Virus record (IMG/VR): IMGVR_UViG_3300021958_000044
Span: 16,991 to 80,990 of that record
Source of the DNA: a virus
Lineage: Duplodnaviria; Caudoviricetes
Direction: 5' to 3' (one strand)
Length of the DNA: 64,000 bases
Of this stretch, positions 40,380 through 48,912 are shown piece by piece. The notes under the pieces are model-generated. The model was not told where the DNA came from and searched no databases. It saw only the letters and a program-made list of their open reading frames with translations. Made by a program: the position numbers and the translations under genes. The number at the start of each line of letters is the position of its first letter. Position 1 is the first letter of the stretch.

Positions 40380-41045
40380 ATGTTTGATTTACAGCTCTCA
40401 GACCTTCAGAAACTGCCTAGACGGAACGTTAACGGCAAAAGAGTATATGAGACACCAGACGGCTCTCACTACCCTTCTATCACGACTATAACGTCTCAGA
40501 TGAACGCTAAAGCAATAAGCGAGTGGAGAGCTAGAGTTGGTAGTACTGCAGCAAATAAAATAACAGCACAGGCATCAGCCAGAGGAACTAGCGTACATAA
40601 ATTATGTGAAGATTATATTCTTGGAGAGTTAACTGAAGAAAAGGTAATGCCTTCTAACAAAGAAATGTTCCTCACTATAAAGAAACATTTGGACAAACAC
40701 GTAACAGTTGTTAGATCAGTAGAAGGATTTCTTTATAGTGATTTTCTAAGAGCAGCTGGCCAAGTAGACTTAGTCGCTGAATACGATGGCGTGCTTTCTA
40801 TTATAGATTTCAAAACAGCTAAGAAGAAAAAGAAAGAAGAGTGGATCCAGAATTATTTTGTTCAGGAGTCAGCTTATAGTTTTATGTTTGAGGAGAGAAC
40901 CGGGCTTCAGGTTCCTCAGTTAGTTACAATCATTGGGGTCGATGGAGAGGTAGAGCCCCAAGTGTTCATTAAGAACACTAAGGAGCGTAACCAATACTTA
41001 CTTCAGTTTCTTACTCTACGCGAGAGTTTTGGAGAAGCTGACTAA
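40380..41045 (+). CDS. PD-(D/E)XK (Cas4-like) exonuclease
   Basis: YPSITT, RGT.VH, AG.VDLVA and IIDFKT motifs, Q..AY; follows phoH. Confidence 0.88.
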   Translation: MFDLQLSDLQKLPRRNVNGKRVYETPDGSHYPSITTITSQMNAKAISEWRARVGSTAANKITAQASARGTSVHKLCEDYILGELTEEKVMPSNKEMFLTIKKHLDKHVTVVRSVEGFLYSDFLRAAGQVDLVAEYDGVLSIIDFKTAKKKKKEEWIQNYFVQESAYSFMFEERTGLQVPQLVTIIGVDGEVEPQVFIKNTKERNQYLLQFLTLRESFGEAD

Positions 41046-41199
41046 GATTTTTATTTTCAGATTTTAGAGCTAAAATCTCTTTTCTTAATTCTACATTTTT
41101 AATTAGAGCACCATACTTAGCTTTCTCTAATTCTGCTATCTGAAGTTTTAAATGATTTTCTATAGAGATAGATTTAGCTATCTGTTCCCTCTGAGACAT
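41011..41199 (-). CDS. Small coiled-coil hypothetical protein
   Basis: 62 aa, heptad pattern; overlaps both neighbours. Confidence 0.5.
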   Translation of the reverse strand: MSQREQIAKSISIENHLKLQIAELEKAKYGALIKNVELRKEILALKSENKNLSQLLQNSRVE

Positions 41200-42190
41200 T
41201 AGTTGTTTCCTTACTGTTGATGATATTGTTTAACAAAACAGCCCACTGCTTTGCTCTCACTTCCCAATTGTAAAAACCATTGGTATATGCTTTCTGCATA
41301 TTGAGTCTTTCATCCATTACTGGATCAGTGACTAGTTGTAAAGCGTCTCCTAGAGTTAGAGCACATCTAGTGGCATGCTCGTTCATATCTTCAGTGTAGT
41401 CGTACTGGAGGGTCCAATTAGCTGTCGTTTCTGGTAATGCAGCTAAACTACTATGAACACAAATACAACCTGCGCTCATAGCTTCTAACATAGCAATACA
41501 GCTTGTCTCTGGCCATACGCTAGGTAGACAGAAGATGTGTGCCTTCTGTAACGCTTTATGAATTTCTTTATTTTCAACATGACCGTGATATGTCATATTA
41601 GGATGTTTCTTTATTTTTTTGAATAGATCTTTAAAAGGCTTGTCTCGTTCTTTCCATCCATAGATTCCAAACGAACTATAAACATCTAAGTGCCAGTTGA
41701 TGTGCGAGAAGTGTTGTTCCACCCATTCCATAATAGGATACAAAAGCTCTAATCCTCTATGAGGGGTAGTATGATAAATCAAGTTAACACATTCTTTAGG
41801 ATCTGGTTTAGTGTGCTCAGCAATAGGTTCAATTGCATTTTGAAGCACGACAATCTTACTTGGAGGAACTCCTAGAAAGTCTACTATTTGTTGTTTCTGC
41901 CAATGCGACACACAAACAATCTTTTCAAACTTTTCCCATCCGCCATCTTTTAGATGGCTCATTTCTGGATCCTGTGCTAGATCGTGAACCCAATAGATCG
42001 GAATCTTGCCTTTAACGGTTCCTCTAAATCTACTAGGAATAATCTGAAACTTGTCCAGTACCGCAGGATCAATTTTTTTATTAAGGGCGTACTTCATAAG
42101 TTCAGTGCCGCCCATTGCATTTCTGTCTAACTCATTAGACTCGACTTGAGGATTTGACTCCTCAGGATCGCCTATCACATTTAATTTCAT
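41174..42190 (-). CDS. Glycosyltransferase GT-B (GT4-like)
   Basis: GGTE, YHTTPHRGL and PS.WPETSCIAMLEAMSAGC (Ex7E) motifs. Confidence 0.9.
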   Translation of the reverse strand: MKLNVIGDPEESNPQVESNELDRNAMGGTELMKYALNKKIDPAVLDKFQIIPSRFRGTVKGKIPIYWVHDLAQDPEMSHLKDGGWEKFEKIVCVSHWQKQQIVDFLGVPPSKIVVLQNAIEPIAEHTKPDPKECVNLIYHTTPHRGLELLYPIMEWVEQHFSHINWHLDVYSSFGIYGWKERDKPFKDLFKKIKKHPNMTYHGHVENKEIHKALQKAHIFCLPSVWPETSCIAMLEAMSAGCICVHSSLAALPETTANWTLQYDYTEDMNEHATRCALTLGDALQLVTDPVMDERLNMQKAYTNGFYNWEVRAKQWAVLLNNIINSKETTNVSEGTDS

Positions 42191-42426
42191 AATGATTCAT
42201 TCAATTCCAAAAAAGTTTTTAGTTGGTCATATCCGCCGATCAATTGATCGTCTCTATAAATCTGCGGCATAGTTCTTGCTGCAGGGTTCTTCTCTCTGAG
42301 CTCACTGAACCAATCAATGTTCTCAGAAATGTTTTTCACCTCTACATTATCTTCGTCTTTTAAAGCAAACTTTGCTTTGTCACAATAAGGACAATGGTCC
42401 TTTGAATAAATTAACCAATTAGCCAT
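42187..42426 (-). CDS. grx: Glutaredoxin
   Basis: CPYC active site, TMPQI and IGGYD motifs. Confidence 0.95.
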   Translation of the reverse strand: MANWLIYSKDHCPYCDKAKFALKDEDNVEVKNISENIDWFSELREKNPAARTMPQIYRDDQLIGGYDQLKTFLELNESL

Positions 42427-42427
42427 A

Positions 42428-42604
42428 CTATTTTAAGTTAGTCTTCCCGCCACCAGACTTAGGTCTTCCGCCACCTGCTTTTTTCTTAGGTGCAGGCTTA
42501 GGTTTAGGTGCTGGTACATCCTCTTTTTTCTTGTCTTGCCAAATGTGATATCCAATGAAACCAACAAATGCCACAATGATTAAAATTCCTAAAGTGCTTT
42601 CCAT
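42428..42604 (-). CDS. Small membrane-anchored Lys/Pro/Gly-rich protein, 58 aa, not in ORF track
   Basis: Hand translation MESTLGILIIVAFVGFIGYHIWQDKKKEDVPAPKPKPAPKKKAGGGRPKSGGGKTNLK*; SD AAGGAG; TAAATA upstream at 42630-42635. Confidence 0.8.
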   Translation of the reverse strand: MESTLGILIIVAFVGFIGYHIWQDKKKEDVPAPKPKPAPKKKAGGGRPKSGGGKTNLK

Positions 42605-42673
42605 ATTTTTCTCCTTGTATTATATACGTTATTTATTATAACGATTTTTGCGATTAGTATAACACCATCCATA

Positions 42674-43045
42674 TTATAATTCAACAGCAAATATCTTATT
42701 TGCGTCTACTTGTACCTTTTCTAAATCAAAATTAATACTTACACCACAACCACATGCTGCCTGTTCTTTAGGATTTACAAACTTAAATAGTTTATTTAAA
42801 CCCTCGGTAATAAAATCTAACGTCATCCCAGATAAGTATGGAACGCTCATTTTGTTGATGAGAATGTTAAATTTTCCATAATCAAGGACAATATCATCAG
42901 CATTGCCATCATCATTGCTAGAATCAAAGACGTACTCAAAACCAGCACACCCACCACCGGTGATTCCCAGTCGTATATTTTTCCATCCGTCTCTTTTCTG
43001 ATTCTCAAGTAGCTGTTGAATAGCCTCATCTGTTAACTCTATCAT
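42674..43045 (-). CDS. iscA: Fe-S cluster assembly accessory protein IscA/HesB
   Basis: GGGCAG.EY, L.G..LDF and F.NP....CGCG.S motifs. Confidence 0.93.
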   Translation of the reverse strand: MIELTDEAIQQLLENQKRDGWKNIRLGITGGGCAGFEYVFDSSNDDGNADDIVLDYGKFNILINKMSVPYLSGMTLDFITEGLNKLFKFVNPKEQAACGCGVSINFDLEKVQVDANKIFAVEL

Positions 43046-43461
43046 TGGTTATGTTTTCTGTGAGCTGTTTTCTCTTCCCAGTGTTTTAATGCTTTTTTAA
43101 TAGAGTCTTCTGCAAGAACAGAACAGTGTAGTTTGATAGGAGGTAGATCTAATGCTTCAGCAATGTCCTTGTCCTTAATCTCCAGTGCTTCGGTCATTGT
43201 AAGACCTTTCAACATCTCAACGAACATAGTAGATGAAGCAATAGCGCTTCCACATCCATATGTCTTGAACTTGACGTCTTCTATAACATCAGTGTCTGGG
43301 TTAACTTTAAGATCCAGCTTCATAACATCACCGCAAGCAGGAGCTCCTGCCATTCCGGTTGCTACGTTTGGATCTTTAGGATCAAATCTACCTACACCAT
43401 GAGCTGCAGGGTTGTTTAAAACCTCTTCGAATCTTTTTACTACCTTTTCGCTATATGCCAT
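43042..43461 (-). CDS. iscU: Fe-S scaffold IscU
   Basis: GAPACGDVMKL, FKTYGCGSAIASS and LPPIKLHCSVLAE motifs. Confidence 0.97.
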   Translation of the reverse strand: MAYSEKVVKRFEEVLNNPAAHGVGRFDPKDPNVATGMAGAPACGDVMKLDLKVNPDTDVIEDVKFKTYGCGSAIASSTMFVEMLKGLTMTEALEIKDKDIAEALDLPPIKLHCSVLAEDSIKKALKHWEEKTAHRKHNQ

Positions 43462-43688
43462 TAGATTATCCCTAAATTTTTCAATATAGGTGCATACTCT
43501 ATACCAGCTCCAAAAAGGTTTAGGATAAAGATAGCACCATTGATGATTACTATTTTAATTCCTAGTAGAATGAATATTACATATGGTATTGTTTTTAATA
43601 GACCATTCTTTTTGTAGAACTTTATTATCGGCCAGTCCCATTTGCCGTTCTTAATAAACATTAAATAACTACTTCTGTTTCGTCCCAC
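43461..43688 (-). CDS. Small membrane protein
   Basis: 75 aa with a long hydrophobic C-terminal segment. Confidence 0.55.
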   Translation of the reverse strand: MGRNRSSYLMFIKNGKWDWPIIKFYKKNGLLKTIPYVIFILLGIKIVIINGAIFILNLFGAGIEYAPILKNLGII

Positions 43689-44503
43689 TCAACATCAGAG
43701 TACTGAGGATGGAATGTATCCATTCTGCTCTCACCTTCTTTTCCAAACTGTTCAACAAATTGCTTATACTTGACTGGAACGCCAATGTTATACTTTTGTC
43801 TCACTTCTTGGATGTCCATTTCTAATAGCTCCATAGGACCTAAATGAAATAAACTCTTATCTACTTTCTTAGAAAGCTCTATACATTCTTTTCTAACTTC
43901 CCAAGGTAATTTTGACTTTGTCTTTCTTGCAACTTTCCATGTACCAAAGAACGATACTACTTTTGGTGGCTTAAATGCAGAAAGATGACTTGTGACTTCT
44001 TGGATCATTGCTTCGCCCATTGTTGCAGTATCGTATCTAAACAATACGTGCCAGAAGTCGTGTACTAATAGAAGATGCCTTGAAAGATTAACTCTTACTT
44101 CTTGGTCAAATCTTTCTGGATTAGCTTCTTCGTGTTTGAATCTTTGATTATATAAATCTTCAATACCCCAATTCTTTATGAGGTTAAAGTAATGGGCACC
44201 TACCGTGTTAGGTGCCAGTTTATTCAAATAGTCAAAATTCATCAAAGTTGGTACAGTAACTTCATCAACATACTCTTCAGCAAATTGACCTCTAGCCCAA
44301 AGAATATCTCTACCCTTTTTGGTCTTTCTGTTAGCTGCTGCCATCATTGGCCCGAATGGAATATTCATCTCACGGTACATATTAACAATATGATCAAGAC
44401 GATGCTGTCCGTTCATGTCCGGGTTGTCATAATTACCAAATCCCTTTGTGTCAGTTGACATTAGGTACTTGGTGGTTTTAAATATCTTTGATAAATTCCA
44501 CAT
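43661..44503 (-). CDS. Coq4-like protein (ubiquinone biosynthesis family)
   Basis: HDFWH-VLFRYDTATMG-E matches the Coq4 HDxxH(x)11E motif; preceding LAPNTVGAHY resembles the Coq4 LP.G.LG..Y segment. Confidence 0.78.
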   Translation of the reverse strand: MWNLSKIFKTTKYLMSTDTKGFGNYDNPDMNGQHRLDHIVNMYREMNIPFGPMMAAANRKTKKGRDILWARGQFAEEYVDEVTVPTLMNFDYLNKLAPNTVGAHYFNLIKNWGIEDLYNQRFKHEEANPERFDQEVRVNLSRHLLLVHDFWHVLFRYDTATMGEAMIQEVTSHLSAFKPPKVVSFFGTWKVARKTKSKLPWEVRKECIELSKKVDKSLFHLGPMELLEMDIQEVRQKYNIGVPVKYKQFVEQFGKEGESRMDTFHPQYSDVEWDETEVVI

Positions 44504-44509
44504 AACTGA

Positions 44510-44704
44510 TTATAAGTCCTTCCAGCCTTCTGATTTAACGAAAGTGAAAATACCGTAAGCTAATGCTAGCCATGCTAACCAGTCTACAATACCTCCAAGA
44601 ATTATCCAGCATAAAGATAGAGCTATAATAATGCCTCCATCCCATGAAGTACGCTCAGCCCATCGAGCTAAGATCCAATCTTTTGCGATATTAATAATAT
44701 CCAT
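44510..44704 (-). CDS. Small two-TM membrane protein (start revised to 44704)
   Basis: SD AAGGAG before MDIINIAKDW; hydrophobic helices. Confidence 0.7.
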   Translation of the reverse strand: MDIINIAKDWILARWAERTSWDGGIIIALSLCWIILGGIVDWLAWLALAYGIFTFVKSEGWKDL

Positions 44705-44718
44705 AAAGTCTCCTTTTA

Positions 44719-45168
44719 TTATTCCCAAGGAAAGACTATCCAGTCGTTTTCCTTTTCTTTATTTATTACCTCTCCAGAATACAGTGATGTAAATTTTGAG
44801 CTATCTTTAGTGAATAATGATGCAAATCTAGGATGTGGAATCAGTTTTCTATAACATTGATCTAACACTGCTTCAAAAGTAGACCCACTATCGTTGATGT
44901 CGTCTACGATAATAATATTAGAGAAATCTGAAAGCTCCTTCCAGTTAAATTTAGATGTGGACGCCATGCCATCTCGTAATGAGATGTTAAGACAGTACAA
45001 TGGGACGTTAAACATATGTGATAGCATAACTGCTGGAACTAACCCTCCACGGGTTAGTCCAACAATTGCATCTGGTTCGTCATGTCCTACCTGGGCAGCT
45101 ATATGCTGTACAAGTTCAGTACACTCGTCCCAAGTGACTACTCTTCTTACAGGTTCTCTTTGATCCAT
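44719..45168 (-). CDS. Purine phosphoribosyltransferase (Gpt-like)
   Basis: VGLTRGGLVPA and IIIVDDINDSGST PRPP-binding motifs; C-terminal WIVFPWE. Confidence 0.92.
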   Translation of the reverse strand: MDQREPVRRVVTWDECTELVQHIAAQVGHDEPDAIVGLTRGGLVPAVMLSHMFNVPLYCLNISLRDGMASTSKFNWKELSDFSNIIIVDDINDSGSTFEAVLDQCYRKLIPHPRFASLFTKDSSKFTSLYSGEVINKEKENDWIVFPWE

Positions 45169-45668
45169 TTTAGTACCGCTTCAGGCTTTGATGCTTCATA
45201 AGGATCACCTTCGACATCATTACCAAATCCTTCTTCCGGAAAACTTGCAAGTACTGTATTAGTATCACCGTCAACGACAAGAGCGTATCTCCAACTTCTA
45301 ATACCAAAGTTTAGATTGCGCTTTTGTACATTAGCACCAATTTGTGTTGCAAAGTCTGCATTACCATCAGGCAATGATCTAACATTAGTGACACCTTGAG
45401 CGTCGAACCATGAGTTCATAACAAACGGATCGTTCACAGAGGTGCAATAGATATTAGTAATACCTGCATCTACAAATTTGCTGAACAGCATTTCATAACC
45501 TGGCAGCTGCTGTGAACTGCATGTAGGGGTAAAAGCTCCTGGAAGTCCAAAGATAACAACTTTCTTACCTTTGATCTCTTTTTGTAAATCAATATTTACA
45601 AATTCACCAGCAACTCTATCCTTGTAACGAAAAAGAGGGAGGGATTCACCCACAGAAATAAAAGCCAT
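45147..45668 (-). CDS. Peroxiredoxin (Prx5/redoxin type)
   Basis: PGAFTPTCS, SVND.FVM..W and RSWRYA motifs. Confidence 0.95.
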   Translation of the reverse strand: MAFISVGESLPLFRYKDRVAGEFVNIDLQKEIKGKKVVIFGLPGAFTPTCSSQQLPGYEMLFSKFVDAGITNIYCTSVNDPFVMNSWFDAQGVTNVRSLPDGNADFATQIGANVQKRNLNFGIRSWRYALVVDGDTNTVLASFPEEGFGNDVEGDPYEASKPEAVLKWIKENL

Positions 45669-45901
45669 TACTCTGTGCCCTCCTCAGGTCGATCAGGTGT
45701 TTCTACTTCCCTTAGTCCAACTAGTTGAGCAATAATGGTTCCTAGAAGAGGATCCTGTTCTTTGTTCAACCAATTTTTAAGGTAGTCTAACTCAAGCTCT
45801 TCAAACTGATTGTTGGTTGATAGAACTCTAATGAGTCCATCAATAGCTCCTGCTAGTTGGAAGACAACTTTGTCGACATTTTTAAACTGACTATCAGCCA
45901 T
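45668..45901 (-). CDS. Hypothetical protein
   Basis: 77 aa, SD GGAG, promoter upstream. Confidence 0.65.
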   Translation of the reverse strand: MADSQFKNVDKVVFQLAGAIDGLIRVLSTNNQFEELELDYLKNWLNKEQDPLLGTIIAQLVGLREVETPDRPEEGTE

Positions 45902-45927
45902 AATATTCTCCTAATAAAGTTTCGTGT

Positions 45928-45956
45928 ATTATACGATTAAATAATTTTAAGGTCAA
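45928..45956 (-). promoter_or_regulatory. Sigma70-type promoter
   Basis: TTGACC-N17-TATAAT. Confidence 0.7.
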
Positions 45957-46437
45957 CGAGCTTCTTGTATAGACGCTCTTGCTCACGGTACGCTTCTTTT
46001 TCACACGGCTGTTTGCTGTATGAGAGTTTAGACACATCTTTAGATTTCCACTTACGTCCATCTAAAGACATCTCGCCTCGAAGATATTGTTTTACATGAC
46101 ACCACTCATGTAGCAACGTTTTTATAAAATCACGTTTATTTTGATTAACAAGATCAATAGTAGCCCATTTAATATTGCCATTGTCAGTTGGGATGATGTC
46201 TATTGAGGCATATCCAACAGCAAAATTATCCATCAACTTTCGAGACAGATGTTGTTTAATACTTACAACGGCTTTAAATCGACTGAGCTTATATTCATCA
46301 ATAACAAACGCACTAATCTTATCAATCAGCTGTTCACGTGACTTAGATAGTTTCCCACCGCGAACACCGGTGACGATAGTTGCAACCATATTACTTCCTC
46401 TTGTTAATGATTTGTAGGTATATGTCTTCCCAATCAC
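45937..46437 (-). CDS. Putative zincin metallopeptidase
   Basis: LLHEWCHVKQY (HExxH) with downstream P.E.EAY. Confidence 0.75.
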   Translation of the reverse strand: MIGKTYTYKSLTRGSNMVATIVTGVRGGKLSKSREQLIDKISAFVIDEYKLSRFKAVVSIKQHLSRKLMDNFAVGYASIDIIPTDNGNIKWATIDLVNQNKRDFIKTLLHEWCHVKQYLRGEMSLDGRKWKSKDVSKLSYSKQPCEKEAYREQERLYKKLVDLKII

Positions 46438-46993
46438 GAGCTACAAAGTAGTCGTGTTCAAGATTCATATTGTAGCCATGTTCCATCAAAATGGGTTCAA
46501 AGTCAACAGCATCTCCTGCATCGCAGTTCTCTAGTTTGTCTTCTACCCATAGACAGCCTCGATACTTCTTGGCTAGTTTGTATAGAGCTTCATCTTTATC
46601 AGCTCCTGTATCAAGATAGACAAACTCTTCAAACACATCACCAAATATCTTTTTAAGATTCCTAGTTCTTAGTTCTTGAGCTGCCTTATCATTAGACAGT
46701 GAGGTACACACAACAAATCTATAACCGTAGTTATTGTAAAGGAGTCGAACGATTTCTTGCGCGTCCCTCAATGGTGGTAAGAAACCAATAGCGGCAGACT
46801 GATTGAACAGCCTTACCCATTTCCTACCTTCTGTCTTGCTGAGACCAAATTGCTCAGCTGCGTTGTAAATGAACTGGTGTCCTTTTACTTTACTAAACCC
46901 TTGATGTTCCATCCAGATTTGGAAGGCGTCCTCCCAGTTAAGGAGGACTCCATCTACGTCGGTTACAATTATCTTCTTCTTAGCTATAGACAT
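46391..46993 (-). CDS. HAD-family 5'(3')-nucleotidase
   Basis: DVDGVL motif I and WVEDK motif. Confidence 0.85.
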   Translation of the reverse strand: MSIAKKKIIVTDVDGVLLNWEDAFQIWMEHQGFSKVKGHQFIYNAAEQFGLSKTEGRKWVRLFNQSAAIGFLPPLRDAQEIVRLLYNNYGYRFVVCTSLSNDKAAQELRTRNLKKIFGDVFEEFVYLDTGADKDEALYKLAKKYRGCLWVEDKLENCDAGDAVDFEPILMEHGYNMNLEHDYFVARDWEDIYLQIINKRK

Positions 46994-47253
46994 TAAGCTG
47001 CCTCCAGCATTGACATTGGTACATTGTACTTGCCACCTTTCATTTCAACAACACAACGAGTCTTGTTTACTTTGACGATCACTCCAGGAGTACGCTTGGT
47101 CTTCTGAATAACAAAACAATCCGCACCTTCTGTCAGAGACAGTTTAGCGTTGCTAGACTTGATTGATTGGATGTTTGAGATTAACGCTGACAGCTCTGTG
47201 TTAGAGAAGTTAGCGAGGTTGATTGCTTTAGACATTTCTGCTACTGTTTTCAT
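46993..47253 (-). CDS. Hypothetical protein (SH3-like C-terminus)
   Basis: 86 aa, SD AAGGA, own promoter. Confidence 0.7.
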   Translation of the reverse strand: MKTVAEMSKAINLANFSNTELSALISNIQSIKSSNAKLSLTEGADCFVIQKTKRTPGVIVKVNKTRCVVEMKGGKYNVPMSMLEAA

Positions 47254-47287
47254 AATATATTCCTTACTTGATTTAATTTATACAACT

Positions 47288-47316
47288 ATTATCTTACAAA
47301 TTCGATTTGAAGTCAA
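47288..47316 (-). promoter_or_regulatory. Early promoter, TTGACTTCAAAT family
   Basis: TTGACT-TCAAATCGAATTTGTAA-GATAAT. Confidence 0.75.
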
Positions 47317-47320
47317 CAGG

Positions 47321-47629
47321 CTACTTTCCTTTGTAGCCTAGTTTTCTCATTGCCCCTTTAGGGTGTTCAGCTTTTTGAAGCTCAAGATACTGTTCGACAG
47401 TAACATTCTTAACTAAAAAGTTAACCCATGCTTTCCAAGGCTTGTATCCATACTTGAACCTAGCAATGAACTCAGGCTGTGGTAAGCCGATCCATGATGG
47501 GTGACATCCAGGTCTTGCAACCTCCATGTTTACTGATTGAGTGTGACGGCCTCTGTACATTAAATACATTCCATCCCACGTGAATTCTTCTTTATTGAAT
47601 TTTGTCATTTTGTTCTCCTTACTTAACAT
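47321..47629 (-). CDS. Hypothetical protein
   Basis: Probable start at MTKFNK (SD AAGGAG); own promoter. Confidence 0.7.
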   Translation of the reverse strand: MLSKENKMTKFNKEEFTWDGMYLMYRGRHTQSVNMEVARPGCHPSWIGLPQPEFIARFKYGYKPWKAWVNFLVKNVTVEQYLELQKAEHPKGAMRKLGYKGK

Positions 47630-47635
47630 ACAACT

Positions 47636-47664
47636 ATTATACCAAATAGTCGATTTGAAGTCAA
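47636..47664 (-). promoter_or_regulatory. Early promoter, TTGACTTCAAAT family
   Basis: TTGACT-TCAAATCGACTATTTGG-TATAAT. Confidence 0.85.
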
Positions 47665-47677
47665 CAGAAAAACGAAA

Positions 47678-48319
47678 TTAATACCAAATAACTTCCTTAA
47701 ATTGCTCCCGTGGAAGCCCCCAATACGCCTGTTTCCAGTCTGATTGCGCGAAAAAATCAAGATTTTTCCACTCTTCTTTACGTGATAACATCTGATTTGC
47801 GTGAAAATCCCAGTCAACATCCTTAATTCTCGCCTCAACATACTCTTTCATTAAGTAAACTTCATGTATTTCAAAGCTATCCCACTCAAAATGAAGCAAT
47901 TCGAACACATTTTCTTGTAAATCCGCGTAATCTATACTAATATCTACGCCCCACTTTGGTCTCATAGCGGCTAACTTGTTGAAAATTGGCTGCTTTTGCG
48001 CTAAAAATTGTATTTGATCTAGTGCTTCGCCGGCAAATCCGCGTCTCATATACAAATCACAGTGGTTTAGGTGTGGTCCTTCGTTGCTAATCTCTGTTTC
48101 CTCCATCCATGGCAGCTTATTTGTATACTTTATACGGTGAGGTTGTGGTTGATAACCGCTCCACATTGCATAACACTGTTCAACAACAGTCATATCATAC
48201 CCATTTTGATCAAATAATGCAATATCATCTCTAGTAAACTTATCAAGAAGCCAAGAAGGAATAGGAGTTTCCCAATATGGGTCCGGATCGTGTTGGTTAT
48301 TTGTTATCTTAAGTTGCAT
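47678..48319 (-). CDS. Hypothetical protein, last gene of the curli/cyclase operon
   Basis: 213 aa Trp/Asp-rich; overlaps the preceding ORF by 16 nt. Confidence 0.75.
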   Translation of the reverse strand: MQLKITNNQHDPDPYWETPIPSWLLDKFTRDDIALFDQNGYDMTVVEQCYAMWSGYQPQPHRIKYTNKLPWMEETEISNEGPHLNHCDLYMRRGFAGEALDQIQFLAQKQPIFNKLAAMRPKWGVDISIDYADLQENVFELLHFEWDSFEIHEVYLMKEYVEARIKDVDWDFHANQMLSRKEEWKNLDFFAQSDWKQAYWGLPREQFKEVIWY

Positions 48320-48912
48320 CTATCCTTTGCTCTATCTATTACTTTTAAATTACTATATATTGCCCATGATACTACTGCCATTGGAAAGATCATTTCTCTA
48401 TTTGTAATAGCATCTTCTTCAAATAACATTCCAAATGGAGATAAAAATATTGCCTTATGTAATAATAATCTATCTCTGCGTGGTACTCTTGGCAATAAAG
48501 GGTTTCGCTCAATAACACAATCATACTTCATACCTTCTACTGTACTCCACACATCTGCTGCATGCAGTGCATAAAACAATATTTTTACTGAATCGTACGC
48601 CGGGTCATTGACATCATACAGTGTAAATGTCGATAAGTTCCTCTTTTCCTTTAACTTTGATGCGATCAATGTGTCTGTAGCTTCTCTTTGAACTGCTTCC
48701 AGCAGTGAACTGTGATAGCAACACTCGTACCCCATCATAATTGCGGGTTTGGCCTTCGAGTCTAGCACCGAGGTTGACGGCATCTCCAATGACGGAATAG
48801 TCAAATCGAGTGGATGATCCCATGTTTCCGACGATGCAGTCGCCGGTATTGATACCAATACCAACGTCAATGCGAGGTAAACCTTGTTCTTCAAGCTCTT
48901 TAATAAGTTCAT
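48304..48912 (-). CDS. Signal-peptide/membrane protein overprinted on the adenylate cyclase 3' end (DUF5658-like C-terminus)
   Basis: Stop-free alternative frame from GTG 48924 / ATG 48912 to 48304; MNLLKSLKNKVYLALTLVLVSIPATAS signal-peptide pattern; D..T..G...E.NP motif; no ATG near the cyclase stop. Confidence 0.6.
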   Translation of the reverse strand: MNLLKSLKNKVYLALTLVLVSIPATASSETWDHPLDLTIPSLEMPSTSVLDSKAKPAIMMGYECCYHSSLLEAVQREATDTLIASKLKEKRNLSTFTLYDVNDPAYDSVKILFYALHAADVWSTVEGMKYDCVIERNPLLPRVPRRDRLLLHKAIFLSPFGMLFEEDAITNREMIFPMAVVSWAIYSNLKVIDRAKDRCNLR

